Program-made: the position numbers and the translations under genes | Shown: positions 9,417 through 20,536 of the stretch, piece by piece | Layout: each line of letters starts with the position of its first letter | Numbering within the stretch: the first letter of the stretch is position 1 | Assembly (NCBI GenBank): GCA_963739455.1 | Contig: CAVUAK010000002.1 | Location: 160,001-224,000, forward strand | Reading direction: 5' to 3' | Length of the DNA: 64,000 nucleotides | Source: an uncultured Gemmatimonadales bacterium | Lineage (GTDB): Bacteria; Gemmatimonadota; Gemmatimonadetes; Gemmatimonadales; GWC2-71-9 | Notes under the pieces: model-generated | What the model saw: only the letters and a program-made list of their open reading frames with translations | Told to the model about the DNA's origin: nothing | Databases searched by the model: none

Positions 9417-11114
9417 CTATGCGACCTGGCCCCATTGCGCAACCAGCTGTGCCGCCAGTGCCAGCGCCTCGCGGTACGTCGGCACGAATCGATTCGCCCC
9501 CAGCTCCTCGACGAGGCCGGCGCGCCCCATCACTTCCCGGGGCTCCGCCTCCACTCCGCAGAGGATGACGGCGGTTCCCTCCCTGCGGCTTCGCTGCAGC
9601 ACGTCCCGCAGGGCGCTGATTCCCGTGGCATCGATCGTGGGCACCTGCCGCATGCGCAGGATGAGCACTCGGGGCGCCGCGCCGCCGCTGCCCGACAGCA
9701 TCGCCTCCTTGAACGACTCCGCCGCCCCGAAGAAGAAGGGCCCGTTCACGTCATAGACCTGCACCCCGGCCGGTACTGCCAGCTGTCTTCCACGCGCACG
9801 CGCGGCTTCCGCGTCGGGATCTTCGTCATCGCTCATCTCGTCGGAGATCATTCGCACGTTGGTCACCTCGCTCATGCGCTTCATGAACAGGAACGCGGCG
9901 AGCACGACACCGACCTCGACCGCCACGGTGAGGTCCACCAGCACCGTCAGCAGGAAGGTCGTGACCAGCACCGCCACGTCGCTCCGTGGTGACCTCAGCT
10001 CGGACCGGAACGTCCGCCATTCGCTCATGTGATACGCGACCACCACCAGGATTCCAGCCAGCGTCGCCATCGGGATGAGCGCAGCCCACTTCCCGAAGAA
10101 GAGCATGACCAGCAGCACGAATACCGCGTGGGTCATCCCGGCGACAGGCGTCCGCCCGCCGTTCCGCACGTTGGTGGCCGTCCGGGCCAGCGCACCGGTT
10201 GCGGGGATCCCGCCGAAGAGCGGACTCGCAATGTTGGCCACTCCCTGGGCGACCAGCTCCATGTTCGAGCGGTGCCGGCTGCCGATCATCCCGTCCGCCA
10301 CTACCGCCGACAACAATGACTCGATGCCGCCGAGAAGGGCGATGGTGAACGCCGGCTGCACCAGCCTGCCCATGTCGTCCCACGCGAGGCTCGGGAGGCG
10401 GGGCATCGGCAGGGCCGCATGGATCTCCCCAAATCGGCTGCCGATCGTCTCCACCGGCAGGTGCAGGGCCTTCACCAGGACCGTCGTCACCACCAGTGCC
10501 ACGAACGGGCCCGGCACCCGGTTCCGGAGCCGCGGCCATGCGACGAGGATTGCCAGCGTCAGGACGGAGACTGTGATCACCGGGAGCGAAACGGCAGACG
10601 CGCCCGTGAAGTACGTGTGCCACTTGCCGATGAAGCTCACGGGCAGTGTGCCGACCTGGAGGCCGAGCAGGTCCTTGATCTGGCTGGTGAAGATGATGAG
10701 CGCAATCCCGGCAGTGAACCCGGTGGTCACCGGGTGCGGGATGAACTTGATCACGCCCCCCAGTCCAGCCACCCCGAGAACGATGAGCATCAGCCCCGCC
10801 ATCAGTGTCGCGATGGAGAGGCCGTCGTAGCCATACTGCTGCACGATCCCATACACGATTACCACGAACGCCCCGGTGGGACCGCCGATCTGCACTCGTG
10901 ACCCGCCCAGCAGCGAGATCAGGAAGCCGGCCACGACCGCCGTGTAGAGCCCGCGCTCCGGCGGCACTCCGCTGGCAATGGCGAACGCGATGGCGAGGGG
11001 GAGGGCCACGATCCCCACGATGACGCCCGCATTCACGTCCGCGGCGAACTGCTGCCTGGTGTAGCCCTTCAGGGTGGAGAACAGCTTTGGCACCAGGACC
11101 ACGTTGCGGCGCAT
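9417..11114 (-). CDS. SulP/SLC26 anion permease with STAS domain
   Basis: ALPLAIAFAIASG, GGSRVQIGGPTGAF, IESLLSAVVADGM, GPFFFGAA, IDATG. Confidence 0.95.
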   Translation of the reverse strand: MRRNVVLVPKLFSTLKGYTRQQFAADVNAGVIVGIVALPLAIAFAIASGVPPERGLYTAVVAGFLISLLGGSRVQIGGPTGAFVVIVYGIVQQYGYDGLSIATLMAGLMLIVLGVAGLGGVIKFIPHPVTTGFTAGIALIIFTSQIKDLLGLQVGTLPVSFIGKWHTYFTGASAVSLPVITVSVLTLAILVAWPRLRNRVPGPFVALVVTTVLVKALHLPVETIGSRFGEIHAALPMPRLPSLAWDDMGRLVQPAFTIALLGGIESLLSAVVADGMIGSRHRSNMELVAQGVANIASPLFGGIPATGALARTATNVRNGGRTPVAGMTHAVFVLLVMLFFGKWAALIPMATLAGILVVVAYHMSEWRTFRSELRSPRSDVAVLVTTFLLTVLVDLTVAVEVGVVLAAFLFMKRMSEVTNVRMISDEMSDDEDPDAEAARARGRQLAVPAGVQVYDVNGPFFFGAAESFKEAMLSGSGGAAPRVLILRMRQVPTIDATGISALRDVLQRSRREGTAVILCGVEAEPREVMGRAGLVEELGANRFVPTYREALALAAQLVAQWGQVA

Positions 11115-12748
11115 CAGCGCTCCGGCCATGACCGGCGGTATCGCAGCGGGTTCTGGAACAGGTGGCTCGGCAACAGGAAGATGACCAGGAACATGCCGAA
11201 CGACACCGTCAAGCCGACCAGCAGCACCTCGAGGCGCCGGCTCACCGCCCAGATCACGACACTCACCAGTCCGAAGGTGAACGCGAAAAAGGCCAGCAGC
11301 GCGCGCCGCACCTGCTGGGCCAGGAACCGTTGCAGCTCGAGGGTGTCCCGCGGATGCCAGCGCACCCGGAACTCTTCCCGCTCCACCCGCCGCAGCAGTT
11401 CCCGCAGCGAGCGCATCGCGGTCGAGAGTTCGGTGCCCCAGTCGGCCAGGCGCGCGCGCGCCTCGCCCGCCGCGCCTCCCAGCAGTCGCGCGGCGAAGTG
11501 CGTCACCACCGGCTTCGCCACACCCGCCACGTTGAAGTTCGGGTCGTACCGGAGCGCCACGCCCTCCACCAGTACCGCGGCACGGCCGAAGTAGACCAGG
11601 TCGCTCGGCAACATCAGCGGCCAGTCGTAAAAGGTGTGCAGCACCTCTTCCACCACCTGCTGGATGTGCTTCGGCGTCGCATCGTCACGCTGCACGGCGG
11701 TCATAAGATGCCGTGCGGCGTCCTGTACCGTGCCACGGTCCACGTCGGGATCGAGGATGCCCAGCGCATAGAACCCGTTGATGACCCCATCCACGTCCTG
11801 CCGTGCCACCGCGAGCACCGTCTGGATCAGCCGGGTGCGCAGCTCCTGCTCCACCCGTACCACCATCCCGAAATCGAGCAGCACCAGCCGCCCTGACGGG
11901 TCGATGAGCAGGTTCCCGGGGTGCGGGTCCGCGTGCACGAACCCGTCCTCCAGCATCATCTTGAGGTACACCTCGACCAGCGTGCCCATCAGCGTGTCGA
12001 GATTGAGCTCGCCCGAGGCGAGGCGCTCGTGCAGCCGATCGACCCGCGTCCCCTCGACATACTCCAGCACCAGCACCCGGCGGCGCGTGAATGCCGTCAC
12101 CACTTCCGGCACCACCACCCTCGGCTCGGCGGCGAAGTTGCGCCGCATCGTCTCCGCGTTCCGCGCCTCATCGCGGAAATCCAGCTCATCGCCGATGCGC
12201 TTGGCGAATTCGCTCACGATCGCCGAGAGCGCGCGCATGTGATGGTTGGGGAACAGCAGGTTCAGCACGAACAGCATGCGGAAGGAGATGTCGAGGTCGC
12301 GCCGGACCATTGCCTCCGCGCCCGGCCGCAGCACCTTCACCACCACCTCGCGCCCGGCGTAGCGTGCCCGGTGCACCTGTCCCAGCGACGCGGCGGCGAG
12401 CGGCACAGGGTCGAACGCCTCGAAATGACTCGCCACGGTGCCGCCCAGCTCTTCCTGCACCACACGCTCCGCCACACCCGGCGCCAGCGGCGGGACCTGG
12501 TCGGTGAGCCGCATCATCGCGGCCAGGTACGGTGCAGGCAGCAGGTCGGCGCGCGCAGCGAAGACCTGTCCCAGCTTGATGAAGGTGGGACCTAGCGCCG
12601 CGAGGGTGTCGACCAGCCGGTTGGCGCGACGCTCATGCTCCTCGGGCGTGCGACGGGCCGGAGCGCCCACCACGATCCAGCGTCGCCGATCGCGCAGGAA
12701 CGCGATGACGAAGGGTGAGAGCCGGCCGACAATGACTACCGGTCGCAT
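11114..12748 (-). CDS. AarF/UbiB/ABC1 atypical kinase
   Basis: LGPTFIKLGQ, AAASLGQVHRA, VKVLRP, HADPHPGN, LDFGM; real start MRPVV at 12748. Confidence 0.92.
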   Translation of the reverse strand: MRPVVIVGRLSPFVIAFLRDRRRWIVVGAPARRTPEEHERRANRLVDTLAALGPTFIKLGQVFAARADLLPAPYLAAMMRLTDQVPPLAPGVAERVVQEELGGTVASHFEAFDPVPLAAASLGQVHRARYAGREVVVKVLRPGAEAMVRRDLDISFRMLFVLNLLFPNHHMRALSAIVSEFAKRIGDELDFRDEARNAETMRRNFAAEPRVVVPEVVTAFTRRRVLVLEYVEGTRVDRLHERLASGELNLDTLMGTLVEVYLKMMLEDGFVHADPHPGNLLIDPSGRLVLLDFGMVVRVEQELRTRLIQTVLAVARQDVDGVINGFYALGILDPDVDRGTVQDAARHLMTAVQRDDATPKHIQQVVEEVLHTFYDWPLMLPSDLVYFGRAAVLVEGVALRYDPNFNVAGVAKPVVTHFAARLLGGAAGEARARLADWGTELSTAMRSLRELLRRVEREEFRVRWHPRDTLELQRFLAQQVRRALLAFFAFTFGLVSVVIWAVSRRLEVLLVGLTVSFGMFLVIFLLPSHLFQNPLRYRRSWPER

Positions 12749-14106
12749 CAGATGAGGAGCGCGCTGGCGAGACCGAGGAGAAGCGAGAAGCCGCACACGT
12801 CGGTGAACGTGGTGACGAAGATCGAGGAGGCGATGGCCGGGTCGACCCCGATCCGCTCGAGCAGGATCGGGATGAAGGCACCGGCAAAGCCGGCCACGAA
12901 GAGGTTGACGCTCATGGCGAGGAACACCACGATGCCGAGCTTGGCGCCGTGTCCCAGCAGGAGCGCCACGATGCAGACGATGGTGCCGATGACGAGGCCG
13001 TTGACCAGGCCGGCGGTCATCTCTTTCGCCACCACCCGGAACGCCTGGTCGCGCGGGATCACGCCGACGGCGAGGCCACGCACAGTAACGGCGAGTGCCT
13101 GGGTGCCGGCATTGCCGCCCATGCCGGCCACGATCGGCATGTACGCTGCCAGCAGGACGATCCGCGAAATCACGTCCTGCCGGGAGAGCACCACGGCACC
13201 CGCGACGAAGGCCGTCGCGAGGTTCACGATGAGCCACGGAAGGCGGCTCTTCACTGCGGCTTGCCAGTCGCCCTTCAGTTCCTCGCCGGCCGAGACACCA
13301 CCGAAGCGCAGGATGTCCTCGGTGTTCTCGGCTTCCACCACGTCGGACACGTCGTCGAAGGTGACACAGCCCAGCAGCCGGCCCTCCTGGTCCACGACGG
13401 GAACGTTGGGCAGGTTGTAGCGCGCCATCACCCGCGCGACCTCTTCCTGGTCTTCCTCGGGACCCACCGTCACCACCGGTGGCTCCATGATCTCGCGCAC
13501 CGGGCGCCAGGCGGGGCTGATCGCCAGCGCCCGGAACGAGAGCACCCCCACCAGCCGGCGCCGTGCATCCACGACAAAGACCTCGTAGAAGTCCTCCACC
13601 TCCTCGGTCTGCCGCCGCACCTCGTCCAGCGCCTCGCTCACTGTCACCGTGTCCCTGACGGTAACAAGGCGCGTGGTCATCAGTCCGCCGGCGCTCTCCG
13701 CGTCGTAGACCAGCAGCTTCTCGACCTCGGCGCGCCCGACATCCTCGACCTCGCTGAGGATGCGTTCCTGCTCCGCCGGCGCGAGGTCGCCCAGGATGTC
13801 GGCGGCATCGTCGTCGGCCAGCTCCTCGACAATGTCCGCGGCCTGCTCCGGGTCGAGAGCGGCCAGCGTCTCACCGGCATGCTCCTCGTCGGGCATCTCG
13901 ATGAGGGCCTGGCTCGAGATCTCCGCCGGCAGGGCCTGCACCGCCGTGACCCGCTCATCGTCCTCGAGCGCCGCGAGCACGTCCGCGAGGTCGGCGGGCT
14001 CCAGTTCCGCGGCGCGCTCGGCAAACCGCTCCAGCTGGCCATCGCGCACCAGCGCGACGAGCTCGCTTACGAGTCCCTCGCGCTCGCGCTCGGCGACATC
14101 GCTCAC
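12748..14106 (-). CDS. mgtE: Magnesium transporter MgtE
   Basis: Acidic N-domain, CBS pair, RLPWL, GMGGNAGTQ, DPAIASSIFVTTFTDV. Confidence 0.95.
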   Translation of the reverse strand: MSDVAEREREGLVSELVALVRDGQLERFAERAAELEPADLADVLAALEDDERVTAVQALPAEISSQALIEMPDEEHAGETLAALDPEQAADIVEELADDDAADILGDLAPAEQERILSEVEDVGRAEVEKLLVYDAESAGGLMTTRLVTVRDTVTVSEALDEVRRQTEEVEDFYEVFVVDARRRLVGVLSFRALAISPAWRPVREIMEPPVVTVGPEEDQEEVARVMARYNLPNVPVVDQEGRLLGCVTFDDVSDVVEAENTEDILRFGGVSAGEELKGDWQAAVKSRLPWLIVNLATAFVAGAVVLSRQDVISRIVLLAAYMPIVAGMGGNAGTQALAVTVRGLAVGVIPRDQAFRVVAKEMTAGLVNGLVIGTIVCIVALLLGHGAKLGIVVFLAMSVNLFVAGFAGAFIPILLERIGVDPAIASSIFVTTFTDVCGFSLLLGLASALLI

Positions 14107-15293
14107 GTGGTGCGTCCCGCGAGCGCGGTCGCGGGGGGCGGCGTGGTACGGATGAGGATCCGCTCGACACGGGTTGGCGATGCCTGCACCACGTCGAGTT
14201 CGAGCCCCCCCATGACGAACCGCTCGCCCGGCCCGGGAATGCGGCCCGCCAGTTCCACGAGCAAGCCACCGATCGACGCCGACCGGCCCGGTGGGAGGCG
14301 CGCCTCGAAGCGTGCCTCGATCGCCTCCCGCGACGCGCTGCCATCTGTCTCGAACACCCCCGGCCCGGTGCCGGTCGCCGTGGCGGGCTCGTCGTCGTCC
14401 ACGATCTCGCCCACGATGGACTCGAGCAGGTCGTCGAGCGTCACGATGCCGGCGGTGCCGCCGTACTCGTCGAGCACGACCGCCATCAGGCGCCGCTCGC
14501 GCTGCATGTCGATGAGGAGGTCGCCACAGGCGCGGCTCGCCGGCGCCATCGCCACAGGCCGGATCGGCAGCGGCGAGCCCTGCTGTACCCGGAACAGGTC
14601 GAAGGCGTGGAGCATCCCGACGATTTCGTCGAGCGTGCCGCGGTACACCGGGCAGCCGGCTGTAGCCGCTCTGCGAGAATGCCTGGCTGATCTCCGCCTT
14701 CGTGGCATCCTCCGCAATGGCGACGATGTCGGTGCGCGGCGTCATGACCTCACGCACCGGGCGCTCGGCGAAGGTGAGCACGCCGCCCACGAGTTCCAGT
14801 TCGCCGGACGCATCAGGATCGACAGCGGCGCCCCCGCGCAGGATCGCGCGGAACCGCGACTCCGCACCGGGACCATCCGCCGGCAGCAGCAGCGCGAGCA
14901 GCGCAGACCAGGGTCGCAGCACCGGCAGCGTGACACGAAGCGCCTGCTCCGCTCGCCGTGTCGCGAACAGCCGTGGCAGCAGGTAGCCGCCTACCACGAC
15001 AGCGGGAATGCCGACGAATACCAGCACGAGGAGTGACGTCAGCCGCCCGCCGCCCGCCGAGCAGGCCGACCAGCGCCGCCCCCAGCAGCAGGACGCCGAG
15101 AGACGTCGTGGACGAGGCGGCGATCAGGAGCCGCTCCACTTCCGCGAGGCGCGCCAGCCGGCATGCTGCCGCCGCGCAGTTGCGTCGAGGCGAACCGGGC
15201 CAGCTCTGCCCGGCTGGTCGCGATGAGCGCGCTGCCCGCCGTGGCGCCGAGCGTGGTCAGGAGGAGGCCGAACACGAAGACGGTCCAGGTCAT
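14103..15293 (-). CDS. CNNM/hemolysin-family CBS-CorC domain protein (frameshifted)
   Basis: TM N-terminus, [40 protein letters not shown], CorC-like C-terminus. Confidence 0.85.
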
Positions 15294-16470
15294 CGCTCCA
15301 CCTCCACCGATGTCGACGGCTCCAGCCGCCGAACCGTGAGGCGACGAATGCGGCGCCGCGCCACCTGGTCCACGGTGAACTCGTACCCGTCGACGGTGAC
15401 CCGTTCGCCCTGGCGCGGCACCCGGCCGAACTCGGCCAGCACCAGGCCGCCGGCGGTGCTCACGTCCTCACGCACGAACTGGTGTCCCAGCCATCCCTCG
15501 AGCTCGGTGAGGCCCACGCCACCCAGCACGCGCCAGCCCGTCTCATCAAGTTGCAGCACCGGCGCCACCTCGTCGGTGTCGTGCTCGTCCTGGATCTCGC
15601 CGACGATCTGTTCGAGGATGTCCTCGAGCGTCACGATGCCCGCCGTGCCGCCAAACTCGTCGACCACGACTGCGAGGTGACCCGGCCCGCGCTTGAAGTC
15701 GCGCAGCTGGCGGTCGAGCGTCTTGCCCTCCGGCACGATACGCCGCCGGACGGATCAGGGCAGTCCACTGGCCTGGCGCCGCGTGGCTGTCGAGCGCGTT
15801 CAGCATGTCCTTGGCATAGAGCACGCCGGCGATGTTGTCGGGATGCCCATCGTAGACGATGAGGCGGGCGTGCTCGGAGCTTCGCAGGAGCTCGAGGACC
15901 TCATCGCGCTCCATCGAGACATCCACGGCGATGATGTCGATGCGCGGTGTCATGACCTCGGCAACGATGGTCTCGGCGAGAGCGAAGACACCACCCAGCA
16001 TTTCCCGCTCGAGGTGCCCACCACCCTCCTGCCCGCCGAAGCTCAGCCGCACGCTGCGCTCGACCCACCCGACCATGCGGAAGAGCGGCTGGAACGGAAT
16101 CAGCGTGCGGAGTGCGAGGCGCTGTACCGGGCGCGCCACTTCGGGCGCAATCGACGCCACGAGACGGGGCAGGAGGTCGGCCACCACCCAGACGAGGCCG
16201 ACGGCCGCGAGGAGCCGGGCGAGCGCCGGTCATTGGCGGATAGGTCCACCAGGCAACCGCGCCACCGGCCATGGCGCCCGCCAGGACGACGAGCACCAGG
16301 TGCGCGAGGTGGAGGCTGCGCTCGAGCCGGAGCGGGCCGTCCTGCTCCATGCGCGCCGCGAAGAGCCGGGGCAGTTCCGCCTCGGACTCCGCAGCGAGCG
16401 CCAGCCACGCGGCCCAGAGCGTGAACACGCCGGCGAGCAGCGGGGCCAGGAAGAGTTGCAGTGCCGCCAT
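15290..16470 (-). CDS. CNNM/hemolysin-family CBS-CorC domain protein (frameshifted)
   Basis: [45 protein letters not shown]...GRVP. Confidence 0.85.
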
Positions 16471-16901
16471 CAGCCGAACCGTCTTCACGTAGCGCTCCTG
16501 CCGCCGCCACATGGGCGAGCGGGTGCGGTGATCGCCATCGGGATGATCGTAGCCGAGCACGTGCAGGGTCCCATGAATCACGAGGCGCACGAGCTCCTGC
16601 CGGAGGGGAACACCGTGCCGTCGCGCATTGCGCGCTGCGATCGCACGGCAGACGTAGACGTCACCGGCCAGGCGCCGCGTCGGGGCCCGCGAGGCCGAAG
16701 CTGATGACGTCGGTGGGCCGGTCGTGGCCCAGGTATTCGCTGGTTGAGCCGGCGCATGGACACCGCGCCGAGGAACGTGACGGAGATGTCGGCATCCCGG
16801 CGCTCCGCGCGCAGCACGCCGCGAACCGCGCGCCGCACGGTGACCGCGCCGAGGGCGGGACGCCGGCCCGACACGTGCACGTCACCCTGGCCGCGCGGCA
16901 T
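16470..16901 (-). CDS. ybeY: rRNA maturation endoribonuclease YbeY (frameshifted)
   Basis: [23 protein letters not shown] zinc motif; follows phoH. Confidence 0.9.
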
Positions 16902-16913
16902 GACCGGCGTCCC

Positions 16914-17869
16914 TCAGCCGCTCTGGTCCTCGGCGTAGGCGCGGATGATCTCGCGCACCAGCCGGTGCCGGACCACGTCGCTCTCGTTCAGGTAGCAGAA
17001 GGCGATCCCGTCGATGCCCGGGCAGGATCCGCTCGATCTGGATCAGGCCCGAGTCCTCGCGGTGCGGCAGGTCGATCTGGGTCTTGTCACCGGTCACGAC
17101 GGTGCGGCTGTTCACGCCGAGGCGGGTGAGGAACATCTTCATCTGGGCGCCGGTGGCGTTCTGCGCTTCGTCCAGGATGATGAAGGCGTCGGACAGCGTG
17201 CGGCCGCGCATGTAGGCGAGCGGCGCGATCTCGATGGTGCGGCTCTCGAGCGCCCTCTGCACCCGGTCGGCGGCATCATGTCCTCGAGCGCGTCGTACAG
17301 CGGGCGGAGATACGGATCCACCTTGGCCTGCAGGTCGCCGGGCAGGAAGCCGAGCGACTCACCGGCCTCGACGGCGGGACGCGCCAGGATGATGCGCTTG
17401 ACCCGCTTCCGCGCCAGCGCCTCGACCGCCTTCGCCACGGCCAGGTAGGTCTTGCCGGTGCCGGCCGGACCGATGCCGATCACGATGTCGTGCTTCTGCG
17501 ATCGTGTGCAGGTAGTCGCGCTGGCCCGGCGTCTTGGGCATGATGACCCGCCGCATGCCCGGCAGCACGATGCGTCCATCGGCCCGCTGGCCACGAGCTC
17601 CGGCGGCACGCCCTCGGACGCCAGCCGCTGCACGTCCTCCGGCGTCGACCGTCTCGCCCATCCGGGCCAGGTCGATCATGCCCCTGCACCACCGGCGTCG
17701 CGCGCTCGAGCTGCTCGACGGTGCCGCCGAGCGTCAGCGTGTCGCCGCGGAACGAGACCCGCACGCCGAGCGACCGCTGCAGCTCGAGCAGGTTGGCGTC
17801 ATTCACGCCGCCGAGCAGCAGCGGATCGGCGCCTTCGGTGGAGAGCTGGTTCGATGAATCGTCGGTCAT
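16914..17869 (-). CDS. phoH: PhoH family ATPase (YbeZ); several frameshifts
   Basis: [55 protein letters not shown]. Confidence 0.92.
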
Positions 17870-19722
17870 GAGCGTCCCAGTTCCCTGTTCACCTGTTCCC
17901 TGCTCCCGCTTCAACTGAAGGTGCAGCGCAGCCAGTTCCGCTCCGTCGACCGGCGTCGGCGCTCCCTCGAACAGGGCCCGGGCCGCCGTGGTCTTGGGAA
18001 AGGCGATCACGTCGCGCAGCGATGGTGGCGCCGGCGAGCAGCATCGCGATCCGGTCGAAGCCGAGGGCGAAGCCGCCGTGCGGTGGCGCGCCCGCCGGCC
18101 AGGCCGTCGAGCAGGAAGCCGAAGCGCCGGCGGATCTCCTCCGGGCCGATGCCCGAGCAGGCCGAAGATCTTCTGCTGCAGCGCGGGATCGGTGATGCGG
18201 ATCGAGCCGCTGCCCAGCTCGTTGCCGTTGTACACCGCGTCGTAGTGCAGCGCACGGCACCGGACACGGGTCGCTGTCGAGGAACGGCAGGTCCTCCGGG
18301 ATGCGGCGACGTGAACGGATGGTGCACGAAGATCCGCTCCCCGGTCACCGGGTCCTTCTCGAACAGCGGGAAGTCCACGATCCAGCAGAAGGCGTGCGCC
18401 GTCAGACGGCGTGACGCCGGGTCGGCGCGTCAGCAGCGTCCGCACGGCGTGCAGCGCCGGCGACGTCACCGCGTCCGCCCCGGGCACCGCGAGCAGCAGG
18501 TCACCGTCGGCGCCGCCGATCTTCGCCAGCGTCTCGGCGCCGATCGCCTTGACGCCCTGCCCTTCCCAGGCACCGTTCGCGCGGCGCGCCCAGATGAGCC
18601 CGCCGGCCCCCGCCTCCTTGGCCGCTGCGGTCAGGCCGTCGATTTCCTTGCGCGACGCGCTGGCGGCGCCGCCCGCCAGGATTCCGCGCACCCGTCCGCC
18701 GGCTTCGACAGCGCTTCGTGCACGAAGGGCGCCGCATCGGGCTGCACCAGCGAGGTGAGGTCGCTGAATCTCGAAGCCGAAGCGCAGGTCGGGCTTGTCG
18801 ATGCCGTACCGCTCCATCGCCTCGCGATACGACATGCGGCGGAACGGCGCCGACACCTCCTCGCCCGCCTCGTCCCACAGTCCCGACCAGCACCTGCTCG
18901 ATGAACCGCCTGCACATCCTCCTGGCTCACGAACGACGCCTCGATGTCGATCTGGGTGAACTCGGGCTGGCGGTCGGCGCGAAGGTCCTCGTCGCGGAAG
19001 CAGCGCGCGATCTGGAAGTAGCGGTCGTAGCCCGCCACCATCAGCAGCTGCTTGTAGATCTGCGGCGACTGCGGCAGCGCGTAGAACTCGCCCGCGTGCA
19101 CCCGGCTCGGCACGAGGTAGTCGCGCGCGCCCTCGGGGGTCGGCTTGGTGAGGATCGGCGTCTCGATCTCGAGGAAGCCGAGATCGCTCAGCGTGCGCCG
19201 GGCCCGCTGCACCAGCCGGTGGCGCAGCATCAGATGCTCGCCTGCAGCTCGGGACGGCGGAGGTCGAGCACCCGGTGCTTGAGCCGCAGTTCCTCGCCAG
19301 GCGAGTTCCTCGCCCTCCTTCCGCGCCACCGGAATCGCCGGCGTTACGGCCGGGCCGACCACGTCGAAGGTCGGTGACGTGCACCTCGATCTCGCGCGTG
19401 GCCAGCGTGGTGTCGCGCGCCATTTCCGGGCGCAACGCCGACCGTGCCCTCGACCAGCACGACCGACTCCGTTCCCGCCGCTGCCGCGCGAGCCATCACC
19501 TCGGCCGACTGTCCAGCGCGGATCGCAGGACAGCTGCACGATGCCGGCGCGGTCGCGCAGGTCGATGAAGACCAGTCCGCCCAGGTCGCGGCGACGGTGG
19601 ACCCAGCCGCCAAGCCGCACCGTCTCGCCCACCTGGTCGCGCCCCAGCTCACCACAGCGATGCGTGCGCATCGCCGTGGCGGCGGATGGGTCAGCCACCA
19701 TCGAATCGGTCACATGTGTCAT
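17866..19722 (-). CDS. aspS: Aspartate--tRNA ligase; many frameshifts, 3' end approximate
   Basis: [81 protein letters not shown]. Confidence 0.95.
17875..17907. repeat. Short degenerate heptamer tandem repeat (GGGAACA-like, about 4 copies on the minus strand)
   Basis: Minus strand reads GGGAGCA GGGAACA GGTGAACA GGGAACT GGGA at the aspS/phoH junction. Confidence 0.55.
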
Positions 19723-19776
19723 GGCCCAAACGTAACTCAGATCACGAGTTACGGCTACGGGCGCCGGAAGCGCATC

Positions 19777-20535
19777 TCAGCGCGAGAGATGAGCGAGGGC
19801 CTCCCGCAGCGGCTCGCTCGAAATGCGGACGAATCCGATGAAGGGTCGGCTGAGTTCGAGGATGAGAAATGTGGCGCCCGCCACCGACAGGGCGGCAGCG
19901 ACGAGGGCCGCGTTGCTCGTACCATTCGGTGGAGCGAAGATACCGAGGCTCACGAATATCATGGCCATCCAGAAGACCACAATCAGCAGGATGGCGCGCG
20001 AAATCGTGGCCTTCGATTGCTCGGCGATCAGCCAGCGGATCTGGCCAAGGGTGCTGGTGAGTGCCACCGCCTGCGCCTTGAGAGCCCGCTGTTCGTCCGT
20101 ACCTGGGGCCAGGGCATGGACCGCGCGCGGAAGTCGGCGGGCCCAATCCGGGCTTGTATCAAGCGCTACCCCGGCGACCGTCTCGCCCGGCCACCCGTGA
20201 AGCAGCGCCTGCTCTACCGAGTATCGGAGCGCGGCCCGGACGGGGGCCGCGTCCGGCCCATAGTCAGTGAGCACGCCGTCGAGGAACTTGGTCTGCGCCA
20301 CCGCCTCGGTCACTTCCTTGTGTTCATCATCCCACGTGGTCTTGGCAGCAGCCACCAGCAACCCCAGGACCAGTGCCGACATGGTGGCAACCATGCCCAT
20401 CGACACGCGCACCGTGTCCTTCGTTTCCGGGCTCAGGTGACGGTCTGGCAGCTTCGCGCGGAGCATGCGACCGACCGTCGCCGAGGCAACGAGACAGCCA
20501 AACACAATGCACCCGGTCACCAGCGGCGGCAGCAC
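19777..20535 (-). CDS. Membrane protein, DUF4239/bestrophin-like
   Basis: 'GMVATMSALVLGLLVAAAK', 'FLILELSRPF.G...IS.EPL'; four hydrophobic segments. Confidence 0.7.
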   Translation of the reverse strand: MLPPLVTGCIVFGCLVASATVGRMLRAKLPDRHLSPETKDTVRVSMGMVATMSALVLGLLVAAAKTTWDDEHKEVTEAVAQTKFLDGVLTDYGPDAAPVRAALRYSVEQALLHGWPGETVAGVALDTSPDWARRLPRAVHALAPGTDEQRALKAQAVALTSTLGQIRWLIAEQSKATISRAILLIVVFWMAMIFVSLGIFAPPNGTSNAALVAAALSVAGATFLILELSRPFIGFVRISSEPLREALAHLSR

Positions 20536-20536
20536 G

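Noticed and set aside
11114..15027. Long N-terminal extensions on the AarF kinase (707 aa) and MgtE (759 aa) ORFs
   Set aside because: The extensions are off-frame or frameshifted readings of the upstream genes; real starts are at 12748 and 14106
15901..16590. Apparent YbeY-CNNM fusion
   Set aside because: A one-base correction gives a TGA overlapping the next ATG at 16470, and the region is error-rich
17480..19435. Apparent AspS-PhoH fusion ORF
   Set aside because: Patchwork of frames in the most indel-rich zone; an ATGA overlap at 17866-17869 fits separate genes
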